A stretch of 60,678 nt of DNA from an uncultured Lachnospiraceae bacterium (GTDB taxonomy: Bacteria > Bacillota > Clostridia > Christensenellales > UBA1242), in NCBI GenBank assembly GCA_964521165.1, contig CAZFRA010000004.1, positions 1 to 60,678 of the forward strand. Reading direction: 5' to 3'. The translations under genes were made by a program, and so were the position numbers. The notes under the pieces are model-generated. The model did not search any database. It saw only the letters and a list, made by a program, of their open reading frames with translations, and was not told where the DNA came from. Positions within the stretch are counted from its first letter, which is position 1; each line of letters starts with the position of its first letter. Of this stretch, positions 20,313 to 30,236 are shown one piece after another.

Positions 20313-20355
20313 ATACTCGCTGTGAAGAAAGTTTTATTGTTTTTAGGAGGACAAA

Positions 20356-20826
20356 ATGGAAAAACAATATTTAACACCTGAGGGGAAAACACAACTTGAA
20401 GAGAAATTAAATTTTTATAAAACCGTCAAAAGACCAAATGTTGTAAAAAGAATTGGGATTGCTCGCGAATTTGGTGATTTGTCAGAAAATTCTGAATATG
20501 ATGCAGCAAAAGATGAACAAGCGCAAATTGAAGCAGAAATCAGCGAAATGGAAAACATTCTTTTGAACGCCGAAATCATTGACACAAAAAAACTTAATCT
20601 CGACGCTGTCAGTGTCGGAACAATTGTTAAAGTTTATGACGAAGACTTTGATGAAGAGGTGGAATACAAAATCACTGGTTCATCGGAAAGCGATCCTAAA
20701 AATGGTGTTATAAGTAATGTTTCGCCGGTTGGCAAAGCACTTATCGGTCACAAGAAAGGTGAAACTGTTGTTGTTAAAACTCCAAGCGGGCAAGCGCAAT
20801 ATAGAATTATTGATATTCGAATTTAA
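20356..20826 (+). CDS. greA: Transcription elongation factor GreA
   Basis: LTPEG...LE..L, AREFGDLSENSEYDAAKDEQ, C-terminal ISNVSPVGKALIGHKKGE. Confidence 0.95.
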   Translation: MEKQYLTPEGKTQLEEKLNFYKTVKRPNVVKRIGIAREFGDLSENSEYDAAKDEQAQIEAEISEMENILLNAEIIDTKKLNLDAVSVGTIVKVYDEDFDEEVEYKITGSSESDPKNGVISNVSPVGKALIGHKKGETVVVKTPSGQAQYRIIDIRI

Positions 20827-20926
20827 TTTTGAATATCATTTGCTTTTTTATTATGGATTTGCTATAATATAGATAATAGAAGTTGTTTAAACTCCGAATT
20901 TGTTTTTTCATCTATAAAGGATTTAT

Positions 20927-21850
20927 ATGACATTTTTTAATTCATTAAAACTTTTTGGCTCAAACTGGGATAAAGTATGGAAACTTTTTCTTTACTATAT
21001 TTTTGTGTGGGGTGTAACAATTTGCTTGCTTCTTCCTGTCTTTTTTGAGTTTTCAGAAATTATTATACAAAACATACAAGAAAGCGCAATCGTGGAAAAT
21101 TATCAAACTATTTTCGACAACTCTTTTGGGCAATATTTAAACAACTTTTTCGTGTTGGTATCTACCACTTTTATTAGTTGTGCCAATTTGAATTTGGGGC
21201 AGGCTATATACGGAATTATTGTTCTTTTTATTTTTATGCCATTCCTTTTAAATATCGGAAAATACGCTATTTGCGAAATGTTATATGGTTATATGGCGAG
21301 CAAAACCAAAGTTGGATTTTTTAGCGCACTTTTCAAAACTTTAAATAAATCCACTTTTTATTCGCTCTTTAAAACATTATACAGTCTTATTTTCTTGGCG
21401 CTGACAATATACCTTGTTTTCCTTCTTGGGTTTGTGGAAGACACCTTTTTCCAAACCTACTTTTTGGCTCTTTGTGAAATAATTCTTTTAGCGGTGCTCT
21501 TTACTTTGAACAAGGTGACAACTGCTTGTTGGGCACCAGCGTGCATCATTTTTGGCTGCTCGGTGGCAGTGGCATATATTCGCGGAGTAAAAGTCGTTTT
21601 CCGACGTTTTTGGAAAACTCTTCCAGTTGCACTTGTCATTTTCTTACTCATCTTCTTTGTCACATTTGTGGCTGGGTTATATAGTCTTGTGATAACAGTT
21701 CCATTCGCAGCTATTCTTCTTTGTATGTTTGATATGACCACATTTTTTACCAGTCAAGGTATGCGTTTTTATATCAATAAAACAACAATTTTAACACCAA
21801 AAAGATTGGAAGAAGTGGACGATATAAATCGCGCCAAGTATATTTTATAA
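20927..21850 (+). CDS. Hypothetical polytopic membrane protein
   Basis: Several hydrophobic helices; SD aaagga. No family recognised. Confidence 0.6.
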   Translation: MTFFNSLKLFGSNWDKVWKLFLYYIFVWGVTICLLLPVFFEFSEIIIQNIQESAIVENYQTIFDNSFGQYLNNFFVLVSTTFISCANLNLGQAIYGIIVLFIFMPFLLNIGKYAICEMLYGYMASKTKVGFFSALFKTLNKSTFYSLFKTLYSLIFLALTIYLVFLLGFVEDTFFQTYFLALCEIILLAVLFTLNKVTTACWAPACIIFGCSVAVAYIRGVKVVFRRFWKTLPVALVIFLLIFFVTFVAGLYSLVITVPFAAILLCMFDMTTFFTSQGMRFYINKTTILTPKRLEEVDDINRAKYIL

Positions 21851-21966
21851 AAAACTTTTTTAAAGTGTTTTTTGTGTTTTTTATGCGATATATTCGCGTT
21901 TTTTAAGTTATTTAGTTATTTTTACATAATTTTATTATGTCAATATTTTTAATGAAAGGAGATTAT

Positions 21967-23622
21967 ATGAACAACAAACTTAAAATTACATTCTTAGGCG
22001 GAGTTGGTGAAATTGGAAAAAATATGACCGCTTTTGAATATAACAACGAAATCATTGTTGTGGACGCTGGTTTGACCTTCCCTGACGATGATTTACCAGG
22101 CATTGACGTTGTCGTGCCAGATATTTCCTATCTTGTTGCAAACAAGGACAAGGTTAAAGCAATCATTTTGACACATGGTCACGAAGACCACATCGGCGGG
22201 CTTCCTTTCGTTTTGGACCAAATCAAAGCACCAATTTATGGCAGCCGTTTGACTTTGGCACTTGTGGAAAACAAAATGAAGGAACATCCAAAAGTACAAT
22301 ATAAAGCAATTACAGTTAAACCAAAAAACATCTTAAAAATCGGACCTTTTGCTGTGGAATTTATTAAAGTTTCTCACTCTATTGCTGGCTCTTTGGCGCT
22401 TTGTATTTCAACACCAGCGGGTAATGTTATCCACACTGGCGACTTTAAGATTGATTTTGAACCAATTGACGGAGTTATGACTGACCTTCAACGCTTTGGT
22501 GAACTCGGTAAAAAAGGCGTCAGTCTTCTTCTTTGCGAAAGCACGAATGTTTGCCGAAAAGGTTATTCTATGAGCGAAAAATCGGTTGGTAGAGCACTTG
22601 AAGAAATTTTCGAAAAACACACTCAAAACCGTATTTTCGTGGCAACTTTTGCGTCAAATATTCACCGACTTCAACAAATTTTAAATTTGGCGGAAAAATT
22701 TGGCAGAAAAGTTGCTTTCACTGGCAGAAGTATGATTAATATTTCCGAAGTTGGTTTGAAGATTGGTGAAATAAGTTTTGATAAGAAAAATTTGATTGAT
22801 ATCGACAAAATCGATAAGTATGCCGATAAGGAACTTCTTATTGTCACAACAGGAAGTCAAGGTGAGCCAATGAGCGCTTTGACCAGAATGGCAGCAGATG
22901 ACTTCAAAGGTATAAAAATTGGAGAAAACGATTTAATTGTTCTGTCTTCTTCGCCGATTCCTGGAAATGAAAAGGGCGTTTATAATGTTATTAACGCATT
23001 GTATCAAAAAGGCGCGGATGTTATTTATGATGAACTTTCTGATGTTCACGCTTCCGGACACGCTTGCCAAGAAGAAATCAAAATTATACATTCACTTTGT
23101 AAATCAAAATATTTTATGCCAATCCACGGCGAATATCGACATCTTCGAATGCATAAACAATTGGCAATGTCGCTTGGAATGGAAGAAAGGAATATTATTA
23201 TTCCAACACTTGGAATGCAAGTTGAACTTTCTCCAACCGGGATGAAAAAATCTGGCGTTGTAACTGCAGGTCAACGCCTAATCGACGGCTACGGCATCGG
23301 CGATATGGATAGTAACGTTTTGCGAGAAAGAAAACAACTTTCAGAAGATGGTATTTGCGTTGTGATTGTGAACATAAACAATGTTTCGGGAAGCGTTTCG
23401 GGAGACCCTTTCATCATCACGCGTGGTGTGGTTTATCAGGACGAAGCGGAAGCCTTTGTGCAAGACGCTAAAAATATGATTGTCGCATCGCTTAAAGAAC
23501 AAGACTTGCGTGGCGCTGAACCTGCAGTTATTAAGAACACAATAAGACGTAATGTTTCCAACTTTATTTTTAAGCGTACGAAGCGTCGTCCAATGATTCT
23601 TGCCATTGTGCTTTTGAACTAA
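21967..23622 (+). CDS. rnj: Ribonuclease J
   Basis: Metallo-beta-lactamase motif THGHEDHIGG, beta-CASP region, HASGHA. ATG at 21967 has the SD aaaggag. Confidence 0.95.
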   Translation: MNNKLKITFLGGVGEIGKNMTAFEYNNEIIVVDAGLTFPDDDLPGIDVVVPDISYLVANKDKVKAIILTHGHEDHIGGLPFVLDQIKAPIYGSRLTLALVENKMKEHPKVQYKAITVKPKNILKIGPFAVEFIKVSHSIAGSLALCISTPAGNVIHTGDFKIDFEPIDGVMTDLQRFGELGKKGVSLLLCESTNVCRKGYSMSEKSVGRALEEIFEKHTQNRIFVATFASNIHRLQQILNLAEKFGRKVAFTGRSMINISEVGLKIGEISFDKKNLIDIDKIDKYADKELLIVTTGSQGEPMSALTRMAADDFKGIKIGENDLIVLSSSPIPGNEKGVYNVINALYQKGADVIYDELSDVHASGHACQEEIKIIHSLCKSKYFMPIHGEYRHLRMHKQLAMSLGMEERNIIIPTLGMQVELSPTGMKKSGVVTAGQRLIDGYGIGDMDSNVLRERKQLSEDGICVVIVNINNVSGSVSGDPFIITRGVVYQDEAEAFVQDAKNMIVASLKEQDLRGAEPAVIKNTIRRNVSNFIFKRTKRRPMILAIVLLN

Positions 23623-23623
23623 A

Positions 23624-24217
23624 ATGGAAAAGAAAGAAAATTTTAAAGGTATTGATAAAGATAAATATGTTCCTATCCTTCGCGATGAGAGCATATCTTT
23701 CTTGTTTGACACCGTCAAAAAATACCAACCAAAACGCATTCTCGAAATAGGCACATACATTGGATATTCGGCGTCCGTTTTACTTTCCGCGTCACCAAAT
23801 TCCACTCTCGACACGGTGGAATTAAAGGAAGAAAATGCTGTTTTGGCGAGAGAGAATTTGAAAGAATACAATAGCAGAGTGCAAGTTTTTTGTATGGATG
23901 CCAAAGAGTTTCTTGAAGAAGCACAAAAGAAAAATAAAACTTACGACTTCATTTTTTTGGATGGACCGAAAGGGCAATATCTTCACTATCTTCCAATTTT
24001 AACAAATTTATTGGAAGTTGGTGGAATACTTTTTGCTGACAATGTGTATTTTCACGGTATGGTGAAAAAGGAGGGCGTTCCGCCACATAAACATAGGTCG
24101 ATTATCACCAATTTACGAAATTTTCTTAAAGAAATTTCCACTTCTCTAATCTTTGAAACCGAAATCTTGGATATTGGCGATGGAATAAGTGTTAGTAAAA
24201 AAATAAAAACACCTTAA
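23624..24217 (+). CDS. Class I SAM-dependent O-methyltransferase, family 3 (YrrM/TrmR-like)
   Basis: ILEIGTYIGYSA SAM-binding motif and FIFLDGPK. Confidence 0.8.
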   Translation: MEKKENFKGIDKDKYVPILRDESISFLFDTVKKYQPKRILEIGTYIGYSASVLLSASPNSTLDTVELKEENAVLARENLKEYNSRVQVFCMDAKEFLEEAQKKNKTYDFIFLDGPKGQYLHYLPILTNLLEVGGILFADNVYFHGMVKKEGVPPHKHRSIITNLRNFLKEISTSLIFETEILDIGDGISVSKKIKTP

Positions 24218-24240
24218 CTTTGGTTAAAGTGTTTTATTTT
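24206..24240. terminator. Bidirectional terminator between convergent genes
   Basis: Stem aaaacaccttaac/gttaaagtgtttt (one mismatch) with an A run on one side and a T run on the other. Confidence 0.6.
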
Positions 24241-24249
24241 GTGCAATTA

Positions 24250-24993
24250 TTAAATTTCTGGTGTGAAGTCTTCAAAAATTATATTGTCGCAATATTTTAC
24301 CACTTTCATATATTCTTCTTTACTTGTTACAACCCAAGCAAGAAGAGGAATTTCTTTGTATTTTTTAACATATCGATTTGGAAGAGTCTTTGCTTCGTAG
24401 TTAATAAAGTTTGGCTCACTAATAGTTTGGTTCAACATCATACGCTTTAAGATAAATTTTTTAAGAGGTGACACACCACTAAAATCTTCGCCTTTGTATG
24501 AGCCTGAAAGTTGACCGCGTAAAATTTGAGGTGCGTGATTTTTAAAATAACCTAATGATAAGGGGTTAAAAGACTGAACGGCATATTCACCTTTATAATT
24601 TTTTAATAGGTCAATAACCTTTTGTTCTAATTTGCCAACTCTTGTGGAGCCGTTTTTAATTTCAATAAGAATTGGTGTTCTTCCATCGACAAACTTTAAA
24701 ACTTCTTCTAAGGTTGGAATATGTTCTTTTGTTCCTTTGAGTCTTAAAACTTTTAGATCATTTTTGTTTAAAAATTTGACATAACCGTCATTCCCTGTCA
24801 TACGCGACAAAGAATCGTCGTGAAAAATAGCAGGTGTGCCATCAGAAATGAGTTGAACATCAAGTTCGATGGCGTAACCTTTTTCAATCGCTTTTGAAAA
24901 TGCTGCAAGAGAATTTTCAGGAGTGTTTTTATCGTGCAAACCGCGATGTGCTATCGGTAATTCGACAAGCCAAGATTTAAATATATCTTCCAT
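24250..24993 (-). CDS. Glycerophosphodiester phosphodiesterase
   Basis: IAHRGL..ENSLAAF, IELDVQL..DG.P.IFHD. Confidence 0.9.
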   Translation of the reverse strand: MEDIFKSWLVELPIAHRGLHDKNTPENSLAAFSKAIEKGYAIELDVQLISDGTPAIFHDDSLSRMTGNDGYVKFLNKNDLKVLRLKGTKEHIPTLEEVLKFVDGRTPILIEIKNGSTRVGKLEQKVIDLLKNYKGEYAVQSFNPLSLGYFKNHAPQILRGQLSGSYKGEDFSGVSPLKKFILKRMMLNQTISEPNFINYEAKTLPNRYVKKYKEIPLLAWVVTSKEEYMKVVKYCDNIIFEDFTPEI

Positions 24994-25093
24994 TTTTTTC
25001 CCCTTATTTGTTGATATTGTAACCTTTTAATTCTTTAACAATAACTATATATGTTTATTTTAAACGATTTATTAAGATTTGTCAAATATTTTA

Positions 25094-28000
25094 CTACTTA
25101 TCTTCCTTGTTGTTGAAAGCTTTGAGAGTTTCCAAACGCTTTTCGGCATCTTTTCGGCTTTGGTTAATAATTTTTTCAGCTTCTTCTTTTTTCAGTTCCT
25201 TAATTTGCGAGAAGCGAGTTTCGCCGTCGAGATATTCTTCATACTTCGAAAAATCGCTCACGCTGTCGATGTGGACGATATCTTCGGTTGGATTGTATCG
25301 AACGAGCGACCAGTAACCGCAGTCAACTGCTTTTTTCATTTCGTTCATTGTTTGCGACATATCAAATCCGTGGTTGACGCAAGGAGAGTAGGCGACAATT
25401 ATACTTGGACCATCAAACGATTCCGCTTCTTTAAATGCTTTTATACATTGATTCATATTTGCACCCAAACTAACTTGTGCCACGTAACAGTTTTTGGAAG
25501 CAATCGCAAGGGAAACTAAATCTTTCTTCTTGGTCCTCTTGCCAGCGCTAGCGAATTTAACCATAGCACCGCGCGGAGTGGATTTACTTGCTTGTCCGCC
25601 AGTGTTGGAATAAACTTCGGTGTCTAAAACCAAAATGTTAACATTTTCATTGCTGTTAATCACGTGGTCAAGTCCGCCGTAGCCGATATCATATGCCCAG
25701 CCGTCACCACCGATTATCCAAACACTTTGGTCAGGGTTTGTGAAATATGTGCCGAGTTTCATTCCAAGCCCAAACTCTGCGTTATCTTCAAACAAACTGT
25801 TGGCCCACGCTGGACCTTTGCCGTTTTCATCCTTAAAATATGGACAAGACGGGAAGGAACCGCCGTATATGCTCGAACAACCAGTGGCGTTGGCAATAAC
25901 CATTTTTTCACCAAAGAGCATTGTGGCAAGTTTGATATATGGTGTTTCACCACAGCCACCGCACGCGCCAGAGAAACCAAAGTAGCAATCCTTAAACTGC
26001 AAACCTTTTGGAAAATCGGTGGAGAAAGGAGTGTTTTTCTCGGTTCTTAAGTTTCGGCAGAAATAATAATTCTTCTTTTCTTCATCTATAATTTTGTTTG
26101 CCATAACCATTTCAATTGCCTTGTTAGGTGCAGGGCAGACATTCGCGCAGACACCGCAACCAGTGCAGTCTTCCGGAGAAACTTGCACGCGATAAAGATA
26201 GCCGCTCATTCCAAGCGCCTTGGAAAATTCCACTTCTTCAATAGTTTCCGCTTTCACCAAAACCACTTTAATCGCATTGTGCGGGCAGGAGAGAATGCAC
26301 TGACCGCATTGGATGCAGTTTTTTGGCAGATATTTAGGTAGGTGTGCAGCAAAGCCACGCTTTTCAAAATCAGCAGTGCCTTGCGGAACTTTTCCGCTCT
26401 TATCAAACATTGAAACAGGCACGCTATCGCCGTCGAGTCGTTCAATTTGTTTCATCACGGTTTGATAGAATTTATCGTCAAAATTTTTAGCGTTAGGTTT
26501 TTCTTCTTTAAAAGTAAATTTAGAAATATCAACTTCTTCGATTTTATTTTTCGCTTCTTCAACCGCTTTTAAGTTTTGGTTAACCACTTTTTGACCTTTT
26601 GAACCATAAGTGAGTTTAACATATTTTGCAATTTCTTGATAAGCGGTTTCAAAGTCGATAATTTTGGAGACCTTAAAGAGTGCGGTTTGCATAATAATGT
26701 TGATTTTATTACCTAAACCAACTTTTTCACTTATCTTTTGCGCGTTGATGACATAGAGTTTGGCGTGTTTGTCTTGCAAGATTTTTTTGTAGGAATTTGG
26801 CAAAACCCTGTCAATTTCATCAGCAGAGAAAATGGAGTTAATCAAAACAACACCTTTTTCTTTTAAACCTTTCAAACAATCATATCGATGCACAAATGAA
26901 AAATTGTTGATTGTGATAATGTCGGAGTCTTTGACAAGATAAGGGCTGAGAATTTTCTTGTCGGAAACGCGAATGTGCGATTTTGTCAAACTGCCCGATT
27001 TTTTGCTGTCGTATTCAAAATAGCCTTGCACATATTTGTCAAGTTCTTCACCTAAAATTTTGATTGTACTTTTGCTGGCAGAAACTGTGCCGTCAGAGCC
27101 TAAACCAAAAAATTTCATTTCAAAGTTCTTATTTTTCGGATGATATTCCACTTCTGCCAAAGACGAATGCGAAACATCATCGTCAATTCCGACGGTGAAA
27201 AAATTCTTTTTATTTTCGAAATTTTCAATAACAGCCACAACCATACTTGGTGTAAAATCCTTGCCGCCGAGCCCATATCTTCCGCCTAAAACTTCAATAT
27301 CGGTGTTTTTGAGTGCGGTTGTAACATCAAGATAGAGTGGGTCATATGAACCAAACTCGCGCGTTCTGTCGAGCGTGGTGACGATTTTGCAGGCTTTTGG
27401 CAAAATATTTTTAAATTCTTCATACATAAACGGGCGATATAGATGCACTTTAACAAGTCCAACGTCTTTGAATTTGCTGTCCATAAGAGTTTCTTCAATT
27501 GTTTCGCATGACGATGCCATACTCACAATAACTTTGTCAGCGGACTTGCTACCAACATATTCAAACGGGGCGTAGGAGCGACCTACCACCTTTTTGAAGT
27601 CTTTTAAGATTTGTTTTAAAGTGTTGTATATCGTGGTATATATTGGTGCACTTGCTTCTCTGTTTTGAAAGAAGACATCAGGGTTTTGCGAAGAACCCTT
27701 TTGATATGGCGAAAGAGAATTGAGTGCATTTTTTCGAAAATTCTCAATTTCTTTATTCGGCAAAAGTGCTTTTATTTCTTCATCTTGAAGAGTTTCTATT
27801 TTTTGAATTTCGTGTGATGTTCGAAAACCATCAAAAAAATGAACAACCGGCAAGGATGTTTTTATGGCGAGCAGGTGAGCGATAAGTGCAAAATCATGCG
27901 CTTCTTGCACAGAATTTGAGCATAGTAGTATGGCACCAGTTTGGCGAATTGCCATAACATCGCTGTGGTCGCCAAATATGGATAAAGCGTGTGTGGCAAC

Positions 28001-28336
28001 CGTTCGCGCGGCAATATGCAAAACTGCCGGTAGATGTTCGCCAGCCATTTTATATAAATTTGGAATCATCAAAAGAAGTCCTTGGCTTGAAGTGAAAGTT
28101 GTTGAAAGTGCGCCAGTTGATAAACTGCCGTGCAAAGCACCAGAAGCACCACCTTCGGACTGCATTTCCACCAAAATTGGCAGTTTACCAAAAATATTTG
28201 GTTTTCCTTTGCTTAATTCCCCGTCACAATATTCTGCCATAGGCGACGAAGGGGTGATAGGATAGATTGGTATAACTTCGGAAAGTTTATATGCCACCAT
28301 TCCAACGGCGGTGTTAGCATCAATCGTTTTTTTCAT
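25094..28336 (-). CDS. nifJ: Pyruvate:ferredoxin (flavodoxin) oxidoreductase
   Basis: Two 4Fe-4S motifs (CIQCGQCILSCP, CTGCGVCANVCP), TPP-binding motif GGDGWAYDIGYGGLDH. 1080 aa. Confidence 0.95.
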   Translation of the reverse strand: MKKTIDANTAVGMVAYKLSEVIPIYPITPSSPMAEYCDGELSKGKPNIFGKLPILVEMQSEGGASGALHGSLSTGALSTTFTSSQGLLLMIPNLYKMAGEHLPAVLHIAARTVATHALSIFGDHSDVMAIRQTGAILLCSNSVQEAHDFALIAHLLAIKTSLPVVHFFDGFRTSHEIQKIETLQDEEIKALLPNKEIENFRKNALNSLSPYQKGSSQNPDVFFQNREASAPIYTTIYNTLKQILKDFKKVVGRSYAPFEYVGSKSADKVIVSMASSCETIEETLMDSKFKDVGLVKVHLYRPFMYEEFKNILPKACKIVTTLDRTREFGSYDPLYLDVTTALKNTDIEVLGGRYGLGGKDFTPSMVVAVIENFENKKNFFTVGIDDDVSHSSLAEVEYHPKNKNFEMKFFGLGSDGTVSASKSTIKILGEELDKYVQGYFEYDSKKSGSLTKSHIRVSDKKILSPYLVKDSDIITINNFSFVHRYDCLKGLKEKGVVLINSIFSADEIDRVLPNSYKKILQDKHAKLYVINAQKISEKVGLGNKINIIMQTALFKVSKIIDFETAYQEIAKYVKLTYGSKGQKVVNQNLKAVEEAKNKIEEVDISKFTFKEEKPNAKNFDDKFYQTVMKQIERLDGDSVPVSMFDKSGKVPQGTADFEKRGFAAHLPKYLPKNCIQCGQCILSCPHNAIKVVLVKAETIEEVEFSKALGMSGYLYRVQVSPEDCTGCGVCANVCPAPNKAIEMVMANKIIDEEKKNYYFCRNLRTEKNTPFSTDFPKGLQFKDCYFGFSGACGGCGETPYIKLATMLFGEKMVIANATGCSSIYGGSFPSCPYFKDENGKGPAWANSLFEDNAEFGLGMKLGTYFTNPDQSVWIIGGDGWAYDIGYGGLDHVINSNENVNILVLDTEVYSNTGGQASKSTPRGAMVKFASAGKRTKKKDLVSLAIASKNCYVAQVSLGANMNQCIKAFKEAESFDGPSIIVAYSPCVNHGFDMSQTMNEMKKAVDCGYWSLVRYNPTEDIVHIDSVSDFSKYEEYLDGETRFSQIKELKKEEAEKIINQSRKDAEKRLETLKAFNNKEDK

Positions 28337-28398
28337 TCAAAACTCCTTTAATACCACATAAATATTATAAATAATATCTACAAAATAATTTTAAATAT

Positions 28399-28417
28399 TT
28401 TGACGAATTTTGTCAAA
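28399..28417. promoter_or_regulatory. Candidate operator: 19-bp inverted repeat upstream of PFOR
   Basis: TTTGAC-gaatttt-GTCAAA, 63-81 nt upstream of the nifJ start codon. Confidence 0.3.
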
Positions 28418-28521
28418 CAAACAAGTGTGATTTGTTGCGGTTTTTTTGATTTTATTAGCAAATTTTAAAAATTTCTCAAATTTTATTTTAAAAATTTCGC
28501 GCTTTGTTGTATAATCAAAAT

Positions 28522-29259
28522 ATGAAAAGAAAAATTTTGATGATTGTGGAATATAACGGCGCGAATTTTTATGGTTGGCAAAAGCAGAAAGATATGCGCA
28601 CTGTGCAAGGTGAATTGGAAGAGAAAATTTTTTCATTAACCAATGAAAAAGTGGATGTTGAAGGGAGCGGACGCACCGACAAAGGTGTGCACGCATTGAA
28701 CCAAGTGGCTGTGGTTGAAATTGAAAACAAAATACCATTAAAAAATTTCAAAACAGCATTAAACAAACTTTTAAGCGATGATGTTGTCGTGAAAAAAGTG
28801 AGTTTAGCGGACGCTGATTTTCATCCGCGATACTCTGCAAAAAAGAAGACATATGAATATCGAATCAACTTGTCCAAAACGCGAAATGCTATAAACAACC
28901 AACTTGTGACACACTATCCATATCCAATTAACCTTGAGAGAATGAAAAAAGCCGCCAAACTTCTTATCGGTAAACACAATTTTAAAGCGTTTTGTTCTGC
29001 TGACACAACGGTGATGAATTTTGAAAGAGAAATTTTCGACATAAACATAAAAAAGGTGGGGAACAAACTTACTTTAACAATCACCGGAAATGGATTTTTA
29101 TATAATATGGTTCGCATAATTGTTGGCACTCTTTTGGAAATTGATAAGGTAAAAGAAGAGAATATTGTTAAAGCGTTTGAAACAGGAAATCGCAGTTTGC
29201 TTGGTAAAACAATGCCGCCAAACGGTTTATATCTAAAAAAAGTTGAATACAACATTTAG
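28522..29259 (+). CDS. truA: tRNA pseudouridine(38-40) synthase TruA
   Basis: MKRKILMIVEYNGANFYGWQKQ and GSGRTDKGVHA with the catalytic Asp. Confidence 0.95.
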   Translation: MKRKILMIVEYNGANFYGWQKQKDMRTVQGELEEKIFSLTNEKVDVEGSGRTDKGVHALNQVAVVEIENKIPLKNFKTALNKLLSDDVVVKKVSLADADFHPRYSAKKKTYEYRINLSKTRNAINNQLVTHYPYPINLERMKKAAKLLIGKHNFKAFCSADTTVMNFEREIFDINIKKVGNKLTLTITGNGFLYNMVRIIVGTLLEIDKVKEENIVKAFETGNRSLLGKTMPPNGLYLKKVEYNI

Positions 29260-29416
29260 GTAGTAAATGAAACTAAATGATTGCATATTACACTATATTT
29301 TGTGGTAGTATGCAATTTTTTGATATACATATTTTATTGCCGGTTTAAAATTGAGTATTGACATATTTAGTTATATAATATATAATATTCATATATAAAT
29401 TTCATAGGAGATTTTG

Positions 29417-30106
29417 ATGAATAATAATAATTTTTTAGATAGTAAAATAAAAAACATTTGTGATTTCTATGCGTTAACACTAAGACTTAAAAACATAATT
29501 AGAACAGGTTGGAAAAGATGGAGTATTGACAGTTCAAGACTTGAAAGTGTGGCAGAACATATCTATGGTACTCAAATGCTTGCTTTTGCTGTTAACAGTG
29601 AATTTGATTTGAAATTAGACATTGGCAAGGTTATTATGATGCTCGCTTTTCACGAACTTGGAGAAACTATTATTGGAGATGTTCCTTGCATTGACGGATA
29701 TTCAAAAGACCTTAAACACAAAAAAGAACTTGATGCCGTTATTAAAATTTTAGAACCATTAAGTGACAAACAAAAAATTCTTGACCTTTATGTTGAATTT
29801 GAAGAAAGAAAAACAAGAGAAGCACAGTTTGCTGGCTTGATTGATAAGATTGAATGTGAGTTGCAATGTAAATATTATGAAGAAATGGGTGATATTTCCA
29901 TTACCAAAGAACAATCAGGCGTGGCTGAAGAAATAAGACAAGATGCGATTAGAAAGGGTATTAGAAAATTTTCTCAAATGTGGTTTGATTGGGATGTATC
30001 TCATAAAGCATACGGGGTGGGGAATTCTCAACTTGCGAAAGATATTGTTGATTATGCCTTGACTCACGATATATTTAAAGAGGATTCTGGCAAAACAAAA
30101 AAATAA
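29417..30106 (+). CDS. HD-domain 5'-deoxynucleotidase-like phosphohydrolase (YfbR-like)
   Basis: RTGW..W....ESVAEH and AFHELGETIIGDV HD motifs. Confidence 0.8.
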   Translation: MNNNNFLDSKIKNICDFYALTLRLKNIIRTGWKRWSIDSSRLESVAEHIYGTQMLAFAVNSEFDLKLDIGKVIMMLAFHELGETIIGDVPCIDGYSKDLKHKKELDAVIKILEPLSDKQKILDLYVEFEERKTREAQFAGLIDKIECELQCKYYEEMGDISITKEQSGVAEEIRQDAIRKGIRKFSQMWFDWDVSHKAYGVGNSQLAKDIVDYALTHDIFKEDSGKTKK

Positions 30107-30149
30107 CTGACAAGATATATTTAATTTTATCTAACTCATAAAAAAGAGT

Positions 30150-30205
30150 GATGTTAAATAAAACGATGCTAAATAAAACGATGTTAAATAAAAAAGAACG
30201 ATGTT
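30150..30205. repeat. Tandem 15-nt direct repeat, three copies plus a partial fourth
   Basis: gatgttaaataaaac / gatgctaaataaaac / gatgttaaataaaaa / ..aacgatgtt. Confidence 0.85.
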
Positions 30206-30226
30206 GATTTTAACATCGTTTTTTGT
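30197..30226. terminator. Bidirectional terminator between the HD gene and the lipoprotein gene
   Basis: 9-bp stem aacgatgtt/aacatcgtt, loop gatttt, flanked by an A run and a T run. Confidence 0.8.
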
Positions 30227-30236
30227 TTAAGATTTG

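Noticed and set aside
23341-23904. 187-aa minus-strand ORF spanning the rnj/methyltransferase junction
   Set aside because: It overlaps two well-supported plus-strand genes and has no motifs.
25079-28265. Several 66-146-aa plus-strand ORFs (25079-25519, 25664-26050, 27930-28265 and others)
   Set aside because: All lie antisense within the PFOR gene, whose frame carries unambiguous Fe-S and TPP motifs.
30150-30205. Possible mini-CRISPR array
   Set aside because: The repeats are directly adjacent with no spacers, only 15 nt long, and no cas genes are present. It is a simple tandem repeat.
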